Assembly (NCBI RefSeq): GCF_004010195.1
Contig: NC_057751.1
Location: 4,239,137 to 4,303,136, forward strand
Reading direction: 5' to 3'
Length of the DNA: 64,000 nucleotides
Source: Chiloscyllium plagiosum
Taxonomy: Eukaryota
The translations under genes and the position numbers were made by a program. The notes below the pieces were generated by a model that did not search any database, was not told where the DNA came from, and was given only the letters and a program-made list of their open reading frames with translations. The first letter of the stretch is position 1. The number at the start of each line of letters is the position of its first letter. Of the stretch, positions 12,961 to 25,468 are shown piece by piece.

Positions 12961-13979
12961 ACATTTCTGTCAGTCTGTGACTGTTATTGGAGTTTGCAAG
13001 ACTCATGCTGCAGAGGGGCAGAGAAATTGATTGGCAGTGGTCATGACAGCATTTTATACCATTTTAAGTTAGGATGCTCAAACTCAAGGATGGAATAACA
13101 GCATTGTGTCTTCGACCTGCAAATAAATCGAGCTCATGTTGTTAATCTGTCCTGTGATCGAGGACTGAGGATGTTGGGCGCTTGTACATTTTGCAGTGGT
13201 TAATGTATTGCTGTCAGTCTTCGAGCTTCTATATTTATCGATACAATTCACTAATCTCAGAATAACTTCCGATTTCAACAGGGGACGCTTGTTCCCACAG
13301 TGCAGAGGAGTAAGCAATGTCCAAGCCAAAGCTGTGACAAGGAATTGCTTTGATTTCAGAAACAAGCCAGAAAATCCTGGCGCTTAGGCAGTTCAAGGTC
13401 AGAGATTGTGTGGGTCTTGATTTTGGGGAGTGTGCAGTTTGCAGGATATGTTTAGGGAGTTTCAGTCATCTACTTCTTGCCCAGAGGGACTGGATGGGGG
13501 AGTGTGTATCTGGTCTAAGGCTGAGGGGGTGATTTGAGTGAGGTGTGACTTGGTGGATGCCTCAGGAGAGGTCAACGCCTGATAAGAGAGAAGCAACTGA
13601 ATGTGACGTTCAGCATGGGTTTAATGCATAGAACCATTGAAATGAAAGACGAAAGCCCAATGTCAAATAGACTGATATCTGATTTAATTTCTTCACTGAT
13701 CTCCATCAACTCTATTGTTGGACCATAGTTGTGCAGGACAGGGACAGGTCAGTGCTGCTGCTGGCTGTGCACAACACAACCCAAATGGATAGGGCTTCTT
13801 TGTGCTCAGTTCACACCTAGCCCCTTACAGAATGATGGTGCATATGAACAGCGGGTGTTTGGGTGAGCAGGCAGAGGGCTGAATTTGGAACATGACCCCA
13901 GCTATCGCCAGTCTCTTGAGGAAAGCAAGAGGAGAACAATTTAATGAAGAAGAGAGAAGGACAGCAACATGATTGTGAT

Positions 13980-14241
13980 TAAATTCCCGACAGAATGGAA
14001 ACAGACTCTTCGGCCCAACAAGTGCACACCGACCCTCTGAAGATCCATTCCCCTAACACAAGGGGCAATTGAGCATTGGTAATTCACCTGGCCTGCACAT
14101 ATTTGTGACTATGGGAGGAAACCCACACAGACACGGGGAGAATGTGCAAACTCCACACAGACAGTTGCCAGAGGTAGGAATCGAGCCCAGGTCCCTGGTG
14201 TTGTGAGACTGCAGTGCTCACCACTGAGCCACCGTGCCACC
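13980..14241 (-). mobile_element. V-SINE (HE1-like)
   Basis: Same head, V-domain and tail as 12647-12960. Confidence 0.85.
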
Positions 14242-15138
14242 AAACATTTCAGACACATGACCAGATAAGGAATGCAGGGAAATGGATCAGGTGAAGGCTG
14301 AATGGATTTGTTTCAAATGGCTTTGTAATTGGCACAGAGCCTTCAGTTGGGCCGAAAGGTTTGTTCCTTCACTGTACTGTTGGATGTTCTGAGGTGATCC
14401 CAAAATATGTTTGTTCTTGATGCATCTCTTCTGACCTCCTCAGTTACCCCTTCATTAACAGTACCAGCTACTGCAAGGGAGCACTTGTTCCCCTCAATGT
14501 TGGCTTCCACCTTCTCCATCTGTTCTTGGAGTCTATTTGTGTTTCATCTGTTGAACTATCTTCTGCATCGATAAGGTGTGATGGAATGTGTGCTGCTTCA
14601 ACAACACTCAAGAAGCTCAACACCATCCAGGACCAAGCAGGACCCATTTGATAGACTCCATCTACAAGAGGCAGTACATGGGGCAATCACCAAAGGTGCT
14701 CAGTGACCTCCAAGCCCACAACCACTTCCATCTAGAAGGACAAGGGCAATAGATACCTGGGAGCACTACCCCCTGCAATCTCCCCTCCAAATCACTCTCC
14801 AAAATCCTGGAACTCTGTCCTAAACAATTGTGGGTGTCAATCCTCTCCCAAGGAGTGCAGTGGTCATCACAACCTTCCCCAGAGCGTGACAAATGTGGGC
14901 TTTGCCAGCGATGCCCACATCTCCTTAAAGAATTATTTCAAAAACTTTCCATTCGCCCCACCTCACTGCAACCAATTTCCACAACACAGCATGAAGGTTG
15001 CAGACTGTGATATGTAATGGTCAATGTTTCTCTGCTCAACTCCATGATTTAATCCCATTTTCAGAAAGATTTTCGTGGTGGAACTTTACTTAAAACCTGT
15101 GATAAACACAAATTGAAGCAGATTGTCTCTGCAGTAAA

Positions 15139-15144
15139 TTTATT
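15139..15144 (-). terminator. STAR: Candidate distal StAR poly(A) signal (AATAAA on minus)
   Basis: TTTATT on +, at the end of an AT-rich non-repeat block ~2.3 kb past the stop; a proximal candidate lies at 16330-16335. Confidence 0.55.
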
Positions 15145-15682
15145 CTTGAACAATTTCCAGACCAATAAATAACCAAGTTAATAGTGTTGTGCATTTTTCA
15201 ATTTTAAATACAAGGATTAGAATCTATATATTACATATTTTTATATGTACATACAGTGCAAAGCCGAGACCATACCACACTCATCTGAGGAAGTGACTCT
15301 GAGCAAGTAACCAATCAACTTTGCAGCTACTGGTCATTTGTGGTTCGGAGTTTTTTGGGTCACAAGTTCAACATTGGAATATTGCTTAAACTACGATGGG
15401 AGAGGTAAGTTGAAGAGATAAAGGAGTAGGCTTCTATGCTGGTAGAGAGTGTTTAGGCTGAATGGCCTGTTTCCATGTAGTGAAATCTGGTTCCACTTTG
15501 GTGCACTTCTGCATTGGAGTCATCCTGGTTGTGGAATGGAGCCAGGGAGTTTGTGGTTGACATCTGCCTCAGATGGTACGCGCTGCAGAGGTCAGAGGAG
15601 GCGTCCCTGGGCTTGCATCTTCACAGGATCGAGAACATACCTGCGCCAGTCTGTTTAAACTCTCACAATGAAGAATATCAAC

Positions 15683-15717
15683 CACCTGATGAAGGGGCAG
15701 TGCTCCGAAAGCTAGTG
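15683..15717 (+). ncRNA. Minimal hammerhead-ribozyme motif (family B), intact core
   Basis: cac-CTGATGA-A-GGGGC-agt-GCTCC-GAAA-GC-TA-gtg; stem I cac/gtg. Confidence 0.7.
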
Positions 15718-16514
15718 CTTCCAAATAAACCCGTTGGACTATAACCTGGTGTTGTGTGACTTTTTAACTTCATTTAAAAAAAAACAGCATGTGTACAAGG
15801 CACTGGGAAAGGAAGGAGTGTGTAAAACTACAGAGACAGCTTGGAGCTGAATAAACGGTGGGTGGTCTGTGAGTGAGACCACAGTGCTAGCTTTACCCCT
15901 GTCCCTGTGTCACACTGTCACTTTGTGGCATCAGTTTTGTCTTTGTTGGGGGATGTGAGAAGGACATCCCCAGACCCTTGTTCCTGTGTTGGTCTTGGTC
16001 CAGCATTGTGGGGAAACACCATGACAGAGGGGCGTGAGGGGAATGGAGCTGAACAATGGAACAATTGAGATGTTGAGCACCACCCCACCCCACCCCGACC
16101 CCCAGCCCTGGGCCAAGCTCTCGTCAGCCAGACACTTAAGCAGTGGGTCCAGCCAAGGTCTGTATGTATCACTGAAATACAGTGATGGGGCCACCAGTGA
16201 TTTAGATTCAAGACACCTCTGTATGAAGAGATGGCTCAGGATTTGTAGTGGAGCCCTCTCTGGGATGTGACATGAGCCTCCCCCCCACCCTTTTCACCAA
16301 TGGAGAAACGGCCAAAGCTTTCTCCCAGTTTTATTATTTGTGCAGTAAGTCTCTGGCTGTTGGGGGGGTCTTGTTTCCAAATGGGTCCTAAGTTCACAAC
16401 AAATTGGAGTCCAGAGAATGGGAATTCTTACCTGGGACCCCATCCCCCCCGGGGACCCAGTGTGGTTCATGGGAAAGATGTTTGCAGGAGTCTTGAGCAA
16501 AGTGGGAGAGTTGT

Positions 16515-16860
16515 CGAATCCCTATAGTGTGGAAAAAGGCCATTTTGCCCATCGAGTCCACACTGAAATTCTGTAGAGCATCCCACTCAGCTCAGCCCCC
16601 TTCCCCTCTCTGTGTAAGCCTGCATTTCCCATGGTGAACCCACTTAGCCTGCACGTCCCTGGAGACTATGTGCAAATTAGCGTAGCCAATCCACCCTAAC
16701 CTGCACATCTTTGGACTGTGGGAGGAGAGGGGACGAAACCCACGCAGACACGGGGAGAATGTGCAAACTCCACACAGACAGTTGCCCGAGGTAGGAATCG
16801 AGCCCAGGTCTCTGGTGCTGTGAGGTAGTTGAGCTAACCACTGAGCTACCCTGCTGGCCC
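16515..16860 (-). mobile_element. V-SINE inside the putative StAR 3' UTR (sense to StAR)
   Basis: V-domain 'cacgcagacacggggagaatgtgcaaactccacacagaca'. Confidence 0.85.
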
Positions 16861-17451
16861 ATATTTGAAAGTGTATTTGATGGAGTACAGGATACAGAGA
16901 AGATTGGGAGAGAATGCTTCACCTGATGGGAGATTTCAGAACAAGCAGTTTAACATTTGATAATGAGGGATCAACCATTCAAATGAGGATCATTTACTCC
17001 TCACGTGGAATCTTTGTAACATGTCCTCTATCGGTTGGTCTACCAGAGCCATTGAGTGTTGTTTTTCAAGGTGGACGTAGATTCTGACTCAGCGGGAGGC
17101 AGGCAGGGAACTTCTGCTCAGATTAGCCTGACTGAATGGTGCAGTAACTTCGAGAGACCCAGTGGACAGCTCTCCACCCCAACATAACTCCTGGAAGCTT
17201 TCTGCCCTGAAGTAACGTACAGCAGCTTTGAATAATTCTGTCGACCAAAGATCCAGAGTTGTTCGGAGATTGGAAAATTCCATTCACAGTTTCAGCGATC
17301 ACAAATCAGGGCCACGGAATGCAGGGTTCCTCAAACAAGCAGGAAGAGACGGGGATTTTAAGGAAAAGTATCTCATGTGAGTGGGCTGTTGAACGAGAGA
17401 TTTCACCAGCCTGGTGGGGGGGTGGAGGAAGAGAAGGTAATACCAACGGTT

Positions 17452-17562
17452 TCAGCATGCACAGGCAGCACTATTGGAATCCAGGTGACGGCGGAGATGT
17501 TGGGCAAAGTCAGCTTGAGATTGGGAGAGAACTTGGTCGGTGAGAGACTTTGGCAACCAGCC
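17452..17562 (-). CDS. STAR: StAR exon 7 coding part: [36 protein letters not shown]
   Basis: ttccag|GGC...TGA; the seven exons sum to 855 nt = 284 aa + stop with consistent phases. Confidence 0.97.
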   Translation of the reverse strand, partial: GWLPKSLTDQVLSQSQADFAQHLRRHLDSNSAACAC

Positions 17563-18209
17563 CTGGAAGAAGGAGATAAAATGTCATTTCATCAGTCAGA
17601 TGGAGCACTGAACCAAGGCAGGGAACAAAGGGTGCATCAAGACTCCAAACAGTATTGCATGACCTGCCTTTCTCCCTGTGTCTTTGAATTGGACAGCACT
17701 GTCAGCCAATGGGTCATCTCCAGAATGTTCCTTCTGCTCCCATGCTTTCTCCCTGTGGACCTGCCTCTGCCTCTGACTCTGCTTCAAATATTCATCCAGG
17801 TTTCTCTCTCTCTCGAGAGAGAGTTACCAGTGAATCTCTTTCCACCTCCCGAAACAAGCCAGAAATGAAATTTCCCCCCACGACCCTCATCTCCCGTTGA
17901 TGAGTTTTAAGATAAGTCAGTGATCTGTCCAGCTGCGGGGTGCAGGCTGCAGTGTGCCTGACCTGTCACTGAAACTGCTTCAGTGTAAAGCCAGAAATAC
18001 CAGCAGCAGGTCCAAGGACACTCAGTGACCCCCCTGACTCACAGCGCCTCCTCATGGTCACTGGGCTACATTCCTGAAACTCCCTGAATGTGGATCGATA
18101 TTGTCTTCCTGACAGAGAGATTAGGGACGTGTGGCAAATACGCGTGGGGAGAAAACTGATGAGGATCTTACTTTCCATGATAAATTCAATATTGTAAAAC
18201 CGCCCTGAA

Positions 18210-18450
18210 ATAGAATCCCTTCGGTGTGGAAGCAGGCCATTCAGCCCATCGAGTGCAATACCGACCCTCCGAAGAACAGCCCACCCAGACCCACAATCCA
18301 ACTCCATCCCTCTAACCCTGCAGTTCCCACGGCCAATCCACCTAACTTGCACATCTTTGGACTGTGGGAGGAAACCCACGCAGACACGGGGAGAATGTCC
18401 AAACTCCACACCTGAGGCTGGAATCGAACCCAGGTCCTTGGCGACTGTGA
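18210..18450 (-). mobile_element. V-SINE
   Basis: V-domain and CR1-like tail. Confidence 0.8.
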
Positions 18451-19089
18451 GAGGCCGTGCTGCTGCCCCTGAAATCGGGTGTGATTGGGCATCTTCCTGT
18501 GATGAGACTGACAGTAATGCTGCCCTGAATAAGCAGCCAGTTGTGCTAGCTAATGTACAACATGCCTCTGAATCTTTTGAGAAGTCCAGATGATGTTTAA
18601 TTTCGGGGAATCACTTTCCAAACAAGGATAGTCCATTCTTGGCTCCTCTGCATCAACTCTTATCACTTTTCCTTCATATTCTCTCATACCTCAGCCTATG
18701 CCATTATGATTTGGTCTGGTAAGGTACAATTGTCCTGAACATTTTTGTGTTGGGTAGAGCTCCTGATTTCTGCTCCCGTCCTACTGGAAGAAAAATGTTT
18801 TCCAATTTTATTCTTGAATGATCAGCTCCAGATTTAAAATTGTGCCCTCTTGTTTTTAATTTGACCATCCCGGCAGATAGTATCTCTGCATCAACCATAT
18901 CAAATCACCTTAAAAGCTGAACAGTGGCAATCAGATCACCCCAAAATCACCTTACATTCAAGGGAATGTCCATCATGTTTGTGTAACCCCTCCTCAGGAT
19001 GAAACGCTCAAAATCACCTCCCATCACCACCTCAGAGGGAAATCCAACTCCTCAACCATCTCATACAATGTGAAATAGTCCAGGTATGA

Positions 19090-19600
19090 GAGTCATAGAG
19101 TCACAGAGATGTTTGGCATGGAAACAGACCCTTCAGTCCAACTCATCCATGCCGACCAGATATCCTAACCTAATCTAGTCCCATTTGCCAGCACCCGGCC
19201 CATATCCCTGTAAACCTTTCCTATTCATATACCCATCCAAATGCCTCTTAAATGCTGTAATTGTACCAGCCTCCACCACATCCTCTGGCAGCTCATTTCA
19301 TACACGTACCACCCTCTGCGTGAAAAAGTTGCCCCTTAGGTCCCTTTTAAATCTTTCCCTTCTCACCCTAAACCTATGCCCCTCTAGTTCTGGACTCTCC
19401 CCGGGAAAACACCTTGCCTATTTATCATATCCATGTCCTTCATGATTTTATAAACCTCTATAAGGTCTCCCTCAGTCTCCCACACTCCAGGGAAAAAAGT
19501 CCCAGCCTATTCAGCCTCTCCTATAGCTCAAACCCTCCAACCCCAGCAGCATCCTCATAAATGTTTTCTGAACCCTCTCAAATTTTGCAACATATTACCA
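19090..19600 (-). mobile_element. CR1 3' fragment
   Basis: Reverse complement of the 1-372 type 3' end. Confidence 0.88.
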
Positions 19601-19929
19601 ATAGCTGGCAAGAATTGTTGTTTGAGTTCTTTCCACTGTTTTAATGTGGTTTCATCCTTTAATCTTGTGATTTAAAAAAACAAGTTGTTTCAAGCCTATG
19701 TACAACTTAGGAATGGTCAACTGCTAACATTTCATGAATGATTAGTTTAGTAATGCAACCCCATGCCTTGATCAATTCAATGGTCATTTAGAAAATCACA
19801 TTCTTTACATGAAGCTGCAATGTATCTCTTGTTCCCAGCCACGTTTCAGCTCTTGGAGACATCACAGGTCTGCACTGGGGTAGTCCAGTCAATAGCGAGA
19901 GTGTGTCACCCCCCCACCATCTGACTCAC

Positions 19930-20023
19930 CTTCAGATCAATGCTGAGTAGCCACGTGAACCTGGTCTTGGTTGGGTCTTCAGCAGTGGGCCGGAGGACAA
20001 TACAAGTGGGTCCATTCTCTGCC
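19930..20023 (-). CDS. STAR: StAR exon 6: (R)[31 protein letters not shown]
   Basis: tgcag|G...AAG|gtgagt, 94 nt. Confidence 0.97.
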
Positions 20024-20398
20024 CTGCAAGCACAATAAGGTGAAGTCAACAAACTCTCCCTGTATTTCGAAAAGAAACCCTCTTTTTTTTCGATTTGGAT
20101 TTTTTTCTGTCAGGTGTACTGGAGTACAGGGGGTACAGAGACAAGTCTTCCAAGCTGCCTTCTCCAGCATCATGTTAGGATACAAAAGACAGGGTTAAAA
20201 ACAGAAGTAGAAATAAAAGGAACAGCCAGAAGATAAGGAAACGTCCAGATCACTCTGCCCGCCTCTGCTCCTTGAGATAAACAAAGCCACAAAGTCCACC
20301 CCTCAGTCTGTGAACAATGATGTGGAGGAACTGGTGTTGGATTGGGGTGGACAAAGTTAAAAAAATCACACAACACCAGGTTATAGTCCAACAGGTTT

Positions 20399-20597
20399 GT
20401 CTGCGTGGGTTTCCTCCCACAATCCAAAGATATGCAGGCCAGGTGAATTGGCCATGGTAAATTGCCCAGAGTGTTAGGTGCATTAGTCAGGGGTAAATAC
20501 AGGGAATGAGCCTGGGTGGGTTACTGTTCGGAGGGTCAGTGTAGACTGTTGGGCCAAAGGGTCTGTTTCCATACTGTAGGGAATCTAATCTAATCTA
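20399..20597 (+). mobile_element. 5'-truncated V-SINE inserted into a Penelope-like palindrome
   Basis: V-domain remnant with (aatct)n tail; the host element resumes on both sides. Confidence 0.8.
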
Positions 20598-21031
20598 ATT
20601 TGGAAGCACTAGCTTTTGGAGCGCCACTCCTTCATTAGGTAGCTGTGGAGCAGGACCATAAAACACAAAATTCATAGCAAATTTATAGCAAAACCTTTTG
20701 CTATAAATTCTGTGTCTTCTATCCTGCTCCACAACCACTTGATGAAGGGGCAGCGCTCCGAAAGCTAGTGCTTCCAAATGAACCTGTTGGACTATAACCT
20801 GGTGTTGTGTGATTTTTAAATCAGTGAACAATGACAAATGAGATATGTGGCAGCAGTTTGGGGAGGGGCGGGAACTGATTGTCCAAGGGTTATCACTAGC
20901 CACACTTGAGAAGGAGGCTTTGTGTGTGCACTTCCCATTGACACTGCATCATCTCGAATATATGAACCCTGTCACCCATTTGCACTTGATGTCACCTAAG
21001 GCTGCCAATAATCATTTACATTATTCCTTCA

Positions 21032-21201
21032 GGATGTAGGTTTGTTCACCGAGCTGGAAGATTCATTTTCAGACGTTTCGCCACCAGACTAGGTAACATA
21101 ATCAGTGAGCCTCCGGAAGCTTCACCGCTGAAGATGTTACCTAGTCTGGTGACGAAATGTCTGAAAATGAACCTTCCAGCTCCGCGATCAAACTTACATC
21201 C
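21032..21201. mobile_element. Penelope-like inverted-repeat element with two hammerhead motifs (family C)
   Basis: ~76-bp inverted arms; + copy CTGAAGA-T-GTTACC-tagtct-GGTGAC-GAAA-TG-TC at 21128-21161. Confidence 0.65.
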
Positions 21202-24200
21202 AGAACCTCAACCTGAGCTAATTGCTTCTTCAAAACAGTGAAACATCCCAGAATAATTCTCAATCAATCCAGCTACATCACAGAGCCACCATCACCAATG
21301 CTACATTTGTTTGAACTGTTTGGTTTTGAGAGGAGTGTCTAAAGGTGGAAAGAGCGATGGAGGTGGGGAGAAGATAAGTCCAAAGGTTCATGCTTGTATT
21401 GGCTCTGAGTATCGTTGTGTCTGGACCGATGTCTGAGTCAGCTCAAGGATGTATTGAAGACAGGGCACGGGTTGTGGCACAGGACGGTGGAGTGGACACA
21501 GCTCTTTTTGAGCTGTTGGATGACCATACACAGACACTGAGCTCACAGGGAAGTGCGTTCACTCCGTGGCGAGGGTGACCACCCTCTCTGAAGGAGTGCA
21601 GAGATCTGCAAGAGCCACAGGACTGGAGGTGCTGAAGGATATTCTCAGAGTGTGTGCTCAGCCAGGGCAGAGTGAATGGGGACGCAGACAGTGGATATGA
21701 CAGCCACTCTGCAGAAACTGCTTCCGAAGCTGAAATGCACAAGACATTGGGTAACTTCCTGAATTGAGAACCAATGGTTAATCTGGTAACACCAACTCAC
21801 CATGAATAAAAGCAACAAGCAGAGGAACATTGCAGACAGTGAGTCATAGCACAATGCAATTATTAACTGGTAGCACACTTTGCCGTTCAGTTAGGACTCA
21901 GTGAGGAACTGGGCCACAAACATGGAGTCATTTCTTCTGAAGGTCTCTTGGAGGACTATTGCCAAAATTCCTGACACAATCTGTTCCATGTCTACCACTG
22001 GGAAACAGGACAGCAGGTGTCGATGTATAATTTGACCTTTCAAGCCATGAAAAGTTCTCCAAAAATGAGTGCCAATGTACACACCAAATCTGAAAGGAAA
22101 CCATGAATGTGGACAGTGACCATTTTCAAATGCCGTCACCATCATCTGACACCAACAGCCCACCCGAGTTTGCCGAAAATATCTGCGCATCTCCGTAAGA
22201 CAGCCCAGATCACCTTACTTCAGTATCTTGGATGCAATTATAAACCACCTGTCAGGTACAACACAACACTCACCTTCAACAGTCGCAGCATGGATTATAA
22301 GCCATGATGTGGAGGCGCCAGTGTTGGACTGGGGTGGACAAGGTCAGAAGGCACAAGACACCAGATTATAGTCCAAGCTCATTTGAAATCACAAGCTTTC
22401 AGAGCCCTGCTCCTTTGTGAGGTGAATTATAAGAGCAGGGAGATAATTTTGGAGGTGTCCAGGACTTGGGGTTAGGTCACAGCTGGAGGACTATGTGCAG
22501 TTCTGGTCCCCACACTACAGGAAGGATGGGATTGGACTGGAGAAGGTACCCAGTGGATTCACCAGAATGTTGCTTGGGATGGACCATTTGAGCGATGAAG
22601 CAAGTCTGGATAAGCTTGGATTGCAGCAGAGAAGGCTGAGCAGGGACCTAATAGGGTAAGTAACACTGTGTGTGGCATGGACAGGCTGAAAAGAAAACAG
22701 CTGTTCTCCTCAGTGGGAAGTGAATGATTAGGAAAAATGAAATCCAGGAGGTTTAGAGGCAAGTTCAGGAAAGGCTTTTCCTTTCAGGTGGTGCTGGGGA
22801 TCTGGAATGCATTGCCTGGGAGGGTAGTTGAGGCAGGTGTTAGAGATGAAAATGTGTTGCTGGAAAAGCACAGCAGGTCAGGCAGCATCCAAGGAACAGG
22901 AGAATCAACATTTTGGGCATGAGCCCTTCTTCAGGTGTTAGAGATGCCCATATTTGACAGACACAAGATGTCTGCCAGCTAAACTGTCCCTCTGCTCCTG
23001 CACAAAATGGCTGACAAGTGGTTATACAGAACCAAAAGCCTGCTCCCGCACTGAAGGGCTCTTTTGAGAAGCTGTTATTCTGAGGTAAAAGGAAGCCTTG
23101 CACAAACAACTGCAAGAAGATTTGTTGGAGACAGTTTGATAAGAGATGTCCAAGGACAGACAGTTTGAAGATTTGGAACAAACATTGAAGGGGAAAGTAA
23201 ACTCCTGCAAAAACCAAACACAGATGACCTCACGGTGTTTCTGCTCATTAAAATCTGGAGGATCAAACAAGTAAACAGGTTCTTGACATGATGATAGTGA
23301 TTGATCGTAGTCTCATTAATGAAAGGATGTTATCCCATGACATGAGCAGAGTTCGTTCGGACAAGGGCTGTTAATTGCCCAGAAGACAATCAGCCTAACT
23401 TGTCCTGAAGCTTTGGAAAGAGCAGATCATGGCACTTTGCAGCAATTAGTTTTTTTTTAAATTATTCACAATGTTAAGAAATAGGTTCTTATTAAAGGTT
23501 CTTCAGATAATCTCAGAGATAGATTTCAACGTAATTGTAAATGCACATATATAACAAAACACAAAGATCACTGAAAGCATGATAGGAAAAGATTCAAACA
23601 GAGATGTGAAAGTTAACTAATCTCGGGAAACTTCTCTTTATCACTAAAGTAATGCCTGGAAGAAACAAATTGCTCATAACTCATGAGCTAAAGAGTGCTA
23701 ACAGGAGGGGTCGATATAAACCTTTACATATAACCAACTTTATAATAGAAAAGATATTACATATCTTTTCGCAATCAGTAAGAACCGACTGTCTATTGTA
23801 TGTTTTACAATTCGGACAGTGGGAAAACATAAGAGGAGGGACAGAATTGGATAGAGATAGCTAGTAAATATAGTGAACAACAGGCTTTAAAGGGTCCTCA
23901 GCGATAAGCAAGTCTGGCACATGTCTGAAGGAGTACAGCCAGAAATTTGGAATGCAAATTAGAAGGATGCAAGGAAAGGCCTGGTGATTACAATGTCTGT
24001 TAAACATCAGGAGATCATGGGAACCTAGGGCTGTCCATAGGCATGTCCCTCATTGATTAGGTGTTTCCCTGGATTAGAATAAGGGGAAGAGCACAGTTGT
24101 ATGTGATTATAGTAACATAAAATGTGTAAAAGCATCACATCCCACTGTGAAATCCAGAGTGTATTGACCTCTCTTCCAAACTGAGCTAAAGATTAAGGGG

Positions 24201-25206
24201 ATAGCGGCATCCTTACGTCAAAGCTAGATTCAGGGCGGTGGGAGTGGGGGCAATCTGTGACCCTCTCCCTGCTTGAATAGAGACTGAATTCTGCCTGCCT
24301 AAAGAAGCTTTGTTCTTGGCCTAGGGGTTTCACTCCTTCAGCTGGTAACCTCCCAACCTTTAACAAGTAACCGGATGAGAACATGGAGTATCATAAATTC
24401 AAGGCTACGGGCCCAGGGCTGGAAAGTGAGATAAGTAGTGATAGGTCGGCACAGGCTTGATGGGCCGTAGGCTCTCATTGTACGATTCGACGATAGTACT
24501 GTTCCTATTCATTCACTTATGAGCTAAAATACTGAAGCTGTCCATCTGGGTATCCCAACAACTTCAGAAGAACCTGATCAGTGGGTTGAGAAATGGCGTG
24601 GCCTTGTGCACCATGAGCCACAGACTTCGGGTTCAAGTGGGAACTGATCAATTCCTGACTGAACTGGAAGAGTTTTGAGTTTGATGCACCAAGTTTACAA
24701 GCAGGCTCTGAAAGTGAATGGTTGGAAGGTCTGACACTGAGGGTAAAATTGGCTGCTTCAGTGTCCAGGAGCATTCCTCACTCTCGGGAGGAGGGACCAC
24801 ATTGATCTCTGTCTGGGTAAACCAGTATCTGCAAGGAGAGACATTTGTAAACCATCTGCTCAGTCTCACTGAAGGAAAACACACGAGTTACCTTGAACTC
24901 ATCAGGCATTTGGCAAGAATACCAGTGAGTAAGGGTTTAATCTCCATGGCACCATCTCAAATAATTGGTGCCCACTTGCCAATCAATCAGCACTCTCCTC
25001 TCTGATATGTTATATTACGTTCTCTTCTGAATGGTCCTGATGAGTGTCAGAGCAATGGCTTGGACAAACTGGGTGTTCGTCCTGCAATCCCCCCTGAAGG
25101 AGAGTTCTCTGCTTTATATGGATACCGCCAGCTGTCAAAAACAGTGCTGCCCAGTCTGTGCCAGACACCTGGGAGCTGGCAGAGAGCTTGGTTCTTGGGA
25201 GTGAAC

Positions 25207-25468
25207 CTAACCAGACGATGTAGGGTAGAGAAGGTTAAACCCCAGGTTACCTGGTGATGTGGGGGTTAGAGCTGGTTAAAACCCAGAGTTACCTGGTGAT
25301 GTGGTGTTTAGTGAAGGTTAAAACCCAGGGTTACCTGGCAATGTGGGGGTTAGAGATGGTTAAAACCCAGGGTTACCTGGTGATGTGGTGTTTAGTGAAG
25401 GTTAAAACCCAGTGTTACCTGGTGATATGGGTGTAGCGAAGGTTAAACCCCAGTATTACCTGACGATG
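25207..25468. repeat. Minisatellite, ~6 units of 41-42 bp, overlapping the StAR exon 5 donor
   Basis: Unit ~ggttaaaacccagggttacctggtgatgtgggggttagagat; 'ttacc' recurs at 42-nt spacing. Confidence 0.92.

Noticed and set aside
13393..13401. Perfect SF-1/ERR site TCAAGGTCA downstream of StAR (and NBRE AAAGGTCA at 33150-33157)
   Set aside because: Isolated 8-9-mers are expected by chance in 64 kb; no supporting cluster.
17452..17466. StAR C-terminal CAC* as a CXC prenylation signal
   Set aside because: CXC geranylgeranylation needs REP recognition of a Rab fold; a terminal cysteine is common in StAR.
25207..25468. Regularly spaced repeats resembling a CRISPR array
   Set aside because: No unique spacers, eukaryotic context, no cas genes; it is a tandem minisatellite.
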